Shown piece by piece: positions 61,900 through 64,000 of a stretch of DNA of 64,000 nucleotides. Location: the sequence record CP109674.1; one strand, given 5' to 3'. The notes under the pieces are model-generated. The model was not told the origin of the DNA and searched no databases. It saw only the letters and a list, made by a program, of their open reading frames with translations. The number at the start of each line of letters is the position of its first letter. The first letter of the stretch is position 1. Origin of the DNA: a plasmid. Position numbers and translations under genes: made by a program.

Positions 61900-62021
61900 G
61901 AGAATCATTCTTGGTTATTAAGTGTAGGCCGGATTCTACTCCCCCCCAGTAAAATATACTACCCCCCAGTAGAATAACGCTGGTATAGTTACATAAAATA
62001 TCCAGGAGAGTGAGAGCCCAC

Positions 62022-62294
62022 ATGTCACATACCATCCGCGATAAACAAAAACTGAAAGCACGTACAAGCAAGATCCAGGGGCAGGTTGCTGCGCTGAAAA
62101 AAATGCTTGATGAACCTCACGAATGTGCCGCTGTACTGCAACAAATAGCCGCCATACGTGGTGCCGTGAATGGTTTATTGCGTGAAGTGATTAAAGGACA
62201 TTTGACTGAACATATTGTTCATGAAAGTGAAGAACAGAAACGAGAAGAAGACCTGGACGTTGTGCTGAAGGTTCTGGATTCTTACATCAAGTGA
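62022..62294 (+). CDS. rcnR: Ni/Co-responsive repressor RcnR
   Basis: 90-aa ORF beginning [22 protein letters not shown]… (CsoR/RcnR family), divergent from rcnA. Confidence 0.85.
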   Translation: MSHTIRDKQKLKARTSKIQGQVAALKKMLDEPHECAAVLQQIAAIRGAVNGLLREVIKGHLTEHIVHESEEQKREEDLDVVLKVLDSYIK

Positions 62295-62747
62295 CAGTTT
62301 GGCTAAAAGCCCTGAGCATTAATTTATCTAAATAACACGTTATCAAGTGACGGTTTTGGGCTGTTTGTAGCGGCATAGTGAGTTTGTTTAATCAATGAGC
62401 TTTAAGATGCCCCCCTTCATGCAAGGCAACGCGTACATTTCTGGTACATCTACTTCCCTTACTTTGCTCAGGGCAACCCACATTGTTAAAGCCTCTACTC
62501 GCTGACCATCAAAATCACCCAACGTCAGATAATGGAAAAAAATTTTGGATGACATTTTGAAACGTGTCCTCTGCTGTGAACGTCGAGAGATGCTACGCGA
62601 GAAAGGAGATGACCTACTTAGTATCCTGTTAAGTAGGTCTATCTGAAGAAGTAGACAACTTTAAAGTCTTTTTCATGTTAAAGGAGACAACTTTAATGTC
62701 TGTGTACACCTACCTTTGCTCAAATCAAAATGTTCTGACATACCAAA

Positions 62748-63578
62748 ATGGAGTGTAAAATGACTCAAAACCAGGGTTCTGAGCCAGTACCGGCGAGCCG
62801 GACAGGGCAGCTCATCAGCGCCCGGGATATGGCCATGCAGAAATTCGAAGAAGGGATGCGGTTAATCTCGGAAGCGTCGGAACTGTGCGGTCTCTCTCTC
62901 TTCACCAGCAGAATTATGCAGCCCAACGCATTTGGTCTTCCGTCGTCACTGGATCGCACCATCGAGGAGGGGCGTAAGGAAATTGACCGTAAAACGTGGA
63001 AAAGGCTCTTTGAAGAAATAGGTATGGACCGGTACTGGAACCATAAGCAAAAAGAAGCCTTTAACGAATCCCTACGTACGGATCCGCCCGTCGCTTCCCT
63101 GGAGATTGTTAAGGGAACATTACAGCATGCACTGGCTAACAGACGAGACACGCTTGCAGAAGGTTTCGTTGATGTTCTCAACAAGCTTGACCGAAGTTTT
63201 AAAAGCAATGCACGGCAATATACAATGCCGAAAAAGCTTGTTCTTCGGGGGATTTTTCCTGGTGTGAACGTACTGAGGTACAACGGTTTCTCGCAGGACA
63301 ATCACTTTTGTTTACGCGACTTTGAGAATATTGTATGCATCTGTTCTGATACTCCAACACCTGCAACCGGCGGTGGGCTGAGTATGGTCGACAGGCTGAC
63401 GGCCATGAGAAATACAGATTTCACAGGCGAGGTCTGCGATGAGAATGGCTGGCGGTGTCGCCTGTTTGAGAATGGAAACGTTCATATTTGTATCGACAGT
63501 ATCTCGCTTCTGAATGCTCTGAACGATCTTATCAGCATATATTTTGCAAACCAGCTTCCGGCCGCAGGAAAAAAATGA
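62748..63578 (+). CDS. Hypothetical plasmid protein (276 aa)
   Basis: Long ORF with an upstream AT-rich promoter-like region. No confident family assignment (possibly DUF4942-like). Confidence 0.4.
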   Translation: MECKMTQNQGSEPVPASRTGQLISARDMAMQKFEEGMRLISEASELCGLSLFTSRIMQPNAFGLPSSLDRTIEEGRKEIDRKTWKRLFEEIGMDRYWNHKQKEAFNESLRTDPPVASLEIVKGTLQHALANRRDTLAEGFVDVLNKLDRSFKSNARQYTMPKKLVLRGIFPGVNVLRYNGFSQDNHFCLRDFENIVCICSDTPTPATGGGLSMVDRLTAMRNTDFTGEVCDENGWRCRLFENGNVHICIDSISLLNALNDLISIYFANQLPAAGKK

Positions 63579-64000
63579 TGATCGAAAACGATAAAGAAAA
63601 AAGCCTGAACGATGCTACCTCGCCAGAGGTGCAGAATGACATCCGCAGCGAATCCACAGAAAAATCAAAGGAAATGGGTCGTTCAAGGTACTCATCTATT
63701 GCGATGATCGATTACTTCAATGCAATCGAACGTCTGTGCGAAGAGAAAAAAATTAACCCGGAAAATATCGATCTGAGCTTCAAAGTTCACTGGCTCAGAA
63801 ACGCTGTTGGCGGCTCGTTTGCAAGGTCACAGGAGATGTTCGCTGAGTACCAGAAGTATGTTAAAGAGGTTCCTGAAGAGGCCCGTTACCTGGATATACC
63901 CGATGAGGTGAAGGTTGCACTCGGCGATATTATCTCGTACATCACCTGGCACTACCGTAGAAGCTATACCGCAATACAGAGTGATAGTGTTAAAAAAGCT
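63575..64000 (+). CDS. Hypothetical protein (partial; continues beyond the window end)
   Basis: Open frame from the ATG at 63575 to the window edge. Its start overlaps the previous stop (ATGA). Confidence 0.35.
   Translation, partial: MMIENDKEKSLNDATSPEVQNDIRSESTEKSKEMGRSRYSSIAMIDYFNAIERLCEEKKINPENIDLSFKVHWLRNAVGGSFARSQEMFAEYQKYVKEVPEEARYLDIPDEVKVALGDIISYITWHYRRSYTAIQSDSVKKA

Overview
This window is a mosaic multidrug-resistance region of an enterobacterial plasmid (an IncHI2-like context is inferred, not proven). Reading left to right (details, evidence and confidence are in the feature list): (1) a complete fecIRABC(D) ferric-citrate uptake locus on the minus strand with a Fur box; (2) nested and decayed IS debris: a 29-bp IS903 end fragment, a 3'-truncated IS21-family istA, and a truncated IS3-family orfAB interrupted by an intact 1.2-kb IS3-family element; (3) a diverged nhaA with a rho-independent terminator; (4) a ~3.66-kb Tn5403-like Tn3-family transposon (IR-tnpR-res-tnpA) split in two by an IS26-mediated inversion, with the same 8-bp target GTTTTTCC in inverted orientation next to two oppositely oriented IS26 copies; (5) inside the inverted segment, a Tn21-subgroup transposon (988-aa tnpA) carrying a long plus-strand passenger operon (MNT/HepT toxin-antitoxin, cupin, three overlapping unknown genes, tnpR), with IS5075/IS4321-like IS110-family elements inserted in both terminal IRs; (6) an IS26-bounded tet(D) module (tetR(D), tetA(D), frmA, truncated frmB); (7) class 1 integron 1: IS26-truncated intI1, attI1 with a 16-bp duplication, aac(6')-Ib, then an IS21-family (IS1326-like) element and IS26; (8) a ~1-kb segment bounded by two inverted Tn402 IRt ends that contains a yafQ-like toxin fragment and a tniR-like resolvase; (9) class 1 integron 2: IRi, intI1 with an 11-bp frameshifting deletion, blaIMP (IMP-2/IMP-8-like), aac(6')-Ib', catB3, qacEdelta1-sul1, ISCR1, sapA fragment, qnrB2 with a LexA box, pspF fragment, a second qacEdelta1 fragment-sul1-ISCR1 (a 3.2-kb direct repeat), ligA fragment, dfrA19; both ISCR1 orf513 copies carry the same frameshift; (10) class 1 integron 3: IRi, intact intI1, attI1 truncated and fused to strA-strB; (11) a SprT-like protease and an HTH regulator; (12) the mcr-9 locus: IS26, wbuC, mcr-9, IS903B, 5'-truncated pcoS, pcoE, rcnA, rcnR, with no qseBC; (13) two hypothetical genes at the right edge. 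There are five IS26 copies in total. No CRISPR array, rRNA or tRNA was found.
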